Below are positions 62,288 through 64,000 of a stretch of DNA of 64,000 nucleotides, in pieces (the first letter of the stretch is position 1; each line of letters opens with the position of its first letter). Position numbers and translations under genes: made by a program. Source of the DNA: Macrostomum lignano (taxonomy: Eukaryota); assembly GCA_002269645.1 (NCBI GenBank), contig NIVC01003424.1, positions 34,271-98,270 of the forward strand, written 5' to 3'. The notes under the pieces are model-generated. The model saw only the letters and a program-made list of their open reading frames with translations. It was not told the origin of the DNA and ran no database searches.

Positions 62288-62678
62288 ATTCGTGGACAAC
62301 TACCTGCGAGTGATTTATTGGGCTGCTGAGCGGGACCATTCACGCATTTTGCGTTACTCCCAGCGCCTCGGCTTTCTCACCGGCTTCGAGAGTGCCGAGA
62401 TGAACCAGGCCCATACGGACGCTGTGCTGGCCCTCGGCGAGCCGTTCGCCTCTGAAGGACTCTTCGACTTTGGCCAGCAGTCAACCACGCGGACAATTCA
62501 CGGCCTGATACCAACCATGCTTCGGCACCGGCTAACCCCGCCGCCTGAGGAGAGCTACTCGCTGCATAGAAAATTGTCTGGAGCATTCCTGCTCTGTGCC
62601 AGGCTGCGCTCACGTATTGCCTGCCGACCGATGCTGCGCAAGGCCTATGAGGAATACCGTTTCACGGAGCCGGAGTAA
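62288..62678 (+). CDS. COQ8: COQ8 exon 5 (last)
   Basis: TTGAAG|A restores KFVDNY. RLTPPPEESYSLHRKLSGAFLLC. TAA at 62676-62678. Confidence 0.95.
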
Positions 62679-63430
62679 GGAGTGTGCTGGATTCTGCAGC
62701 TAACTCGTGAGCTGGCTGCTGCTTTCATTTATTGCAGAGCTGAGCAGAGTTTATTTGTGAATCAAGAACTGACTCTGAACCGTGCGCTTCGTTGAAACAT
62801 TCAAGTTTAAAATGCAGATGAGTAATAACGTAATTGTCTCATTTTTTAAATTAACCGTGTCCGAAATTATGAGCGTTATTAGTTTACTATTAGTATACTG
62901 CTCGGTTAATTTATAAAATATATTGCTGAGTCGCTGCTAGTTTCGGCTAAGGAAAACGGCCTTCCTATTTTATCTCCTGTTTTAGCAATTTCAGGAGTCA
63001 TTAATTTAAAATTGGCTGGTAGCCTAACCCTAGCCCAGCTTGTCTGGTCGTTCTGCTTACTCTCTCGCGAGCTGCCACTGGAATAGGTTTGCCTAGTCCA
63101 ACTGTAATTCGTATGTGCTTTTTCTACAACTCAGAGCTTCGCTGTTTGGGGAATTTGAATCCGTTCTTAATTTTTATAGTTGCATTCTGAATCCAGAATA
63201 CGTTAAATCATTTAGTCCCAATTAACATGTCTAACAGTGTACTTGTAAATGCAAGTTTGTTGCTACTGTGTTGTAAGATTAAAATAAAGAACTCGTAACT
63301 GGCATTTACTCGTATACCTAACGTGATCAAGGGCATAAGAACTCGCAGTAAGTGTTCATTGTTTCGTTGCCATCTGCACCCGGATTCCGTTTGTTTAGAA
63401 TTCCAGGAAAGCAAGTCCAACCACTGGGCA

Positions 63431-64000
63431 CTAGCCCGTTTGCATCGCCTGCAGCGCCAGCTGAGTATTTGCTAAAGCTTCCCATTCCTGAGCAACCGTT
63501 TTAAGGTCGTATTCTAATAATGAAGTTGCAACTTTTATCTTCAGTTTTGTGATACTAGTGTCAGTGTTTTGTATATGGGATGGTGGCAAATCTGTGTGGG
63601 CATTTATAAGCGGGCACAGATTGAGTTTGCAGTCATCATGAATTCGCCCTTTCTGTCCTCGCTTGAGTAATAGATGATCAGCAGGTTCTGAGCAAGCAGA
63701 AGAGAGCCTCACCTGAAGATGGGACTCTGGCTTAGAGCATTTTATCGAGTCTGTTGCATAAACCAGAAGGCTTTTCTGAAGGAGATCTACTGTGGCTGTG
63801 ATTGGCGAAGGTACATAGCATACTAGACTACTGAGAGTAATGAGGGAAAAATTAATTTCTATCGTTTTCAGAAGCCCAGTGTGAGAGAAGGGTCCTATAT
63901 CCTGATTTTGCGTCATCAGCTTTCTAATGCTAACACTCCGGGAGGGAGCCGTCGAGAGCATAGTTGCTCCACAGCTTCCCAAAGCTTCACTATCCAAGCT
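63431..64000 (-). CDS. Unidentified ORF open from the window edge, possibly the last exon of a convergent gene
   Basis: Open for ~189 codons with no recognisable domain. Confidence 0.3.
   Translation of the reverse strand, partial: SLDSEALGSCGATMLSTAPSRSVSIRKLMTQNQDIGPFSHTGLLKTIEINFSLITLSSLVCYVPSPITATVDLLQKSLLVYATDSIKCSKPESHLQVRLSSACSEPADHLLLKRGQKGRIHDDCKLNLCPLINAHTDLPPSHIQNTDTSITKLKIKVATSLLEYDLKTVAQEWEALANTQLALQAMQTG

Overview
Eukaryotic, intron-containing animal DNA. The CpG-rich exons and short TIR repeats resemble a flatworm such as Macrostomum, but that assignment is inference only. Host genes: the 3' part of a KLHL2/3 (kelch) gene (+, 1-3568), COG8 (-, 3 exons, 14052-11587), an orphan gene with three C2H2 fingers and one C2HC finger (+, ~33.1-40.9 kb), COQ8/ADCK3-4 (+, 5 exons, 59824-62678), and an ORF running off the right edge. 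The rest is transposon relics (two MULE elements, a mariner, an RTE-like LINE, a CORE-type SINE, many hAT-type MITEs with 8-bp TSDs) and tandem repeats. The most striking unexplained structure is three sharply bounded 6-10 kb domains (~14.3-24.1, ~26.4-31.9, ~54.0-60.2 kb) that have lost almost all CpG and also show CG->TA / TG->TA changes. Each lies 5' of a host gene and starts next to a CpG-retaining island; both islands contain the same 260-bp MITE. One domain boundary falls inside a single MITE whose two TIRs record different mutation histories. All dinucleotide counts here are by eye and need computation.
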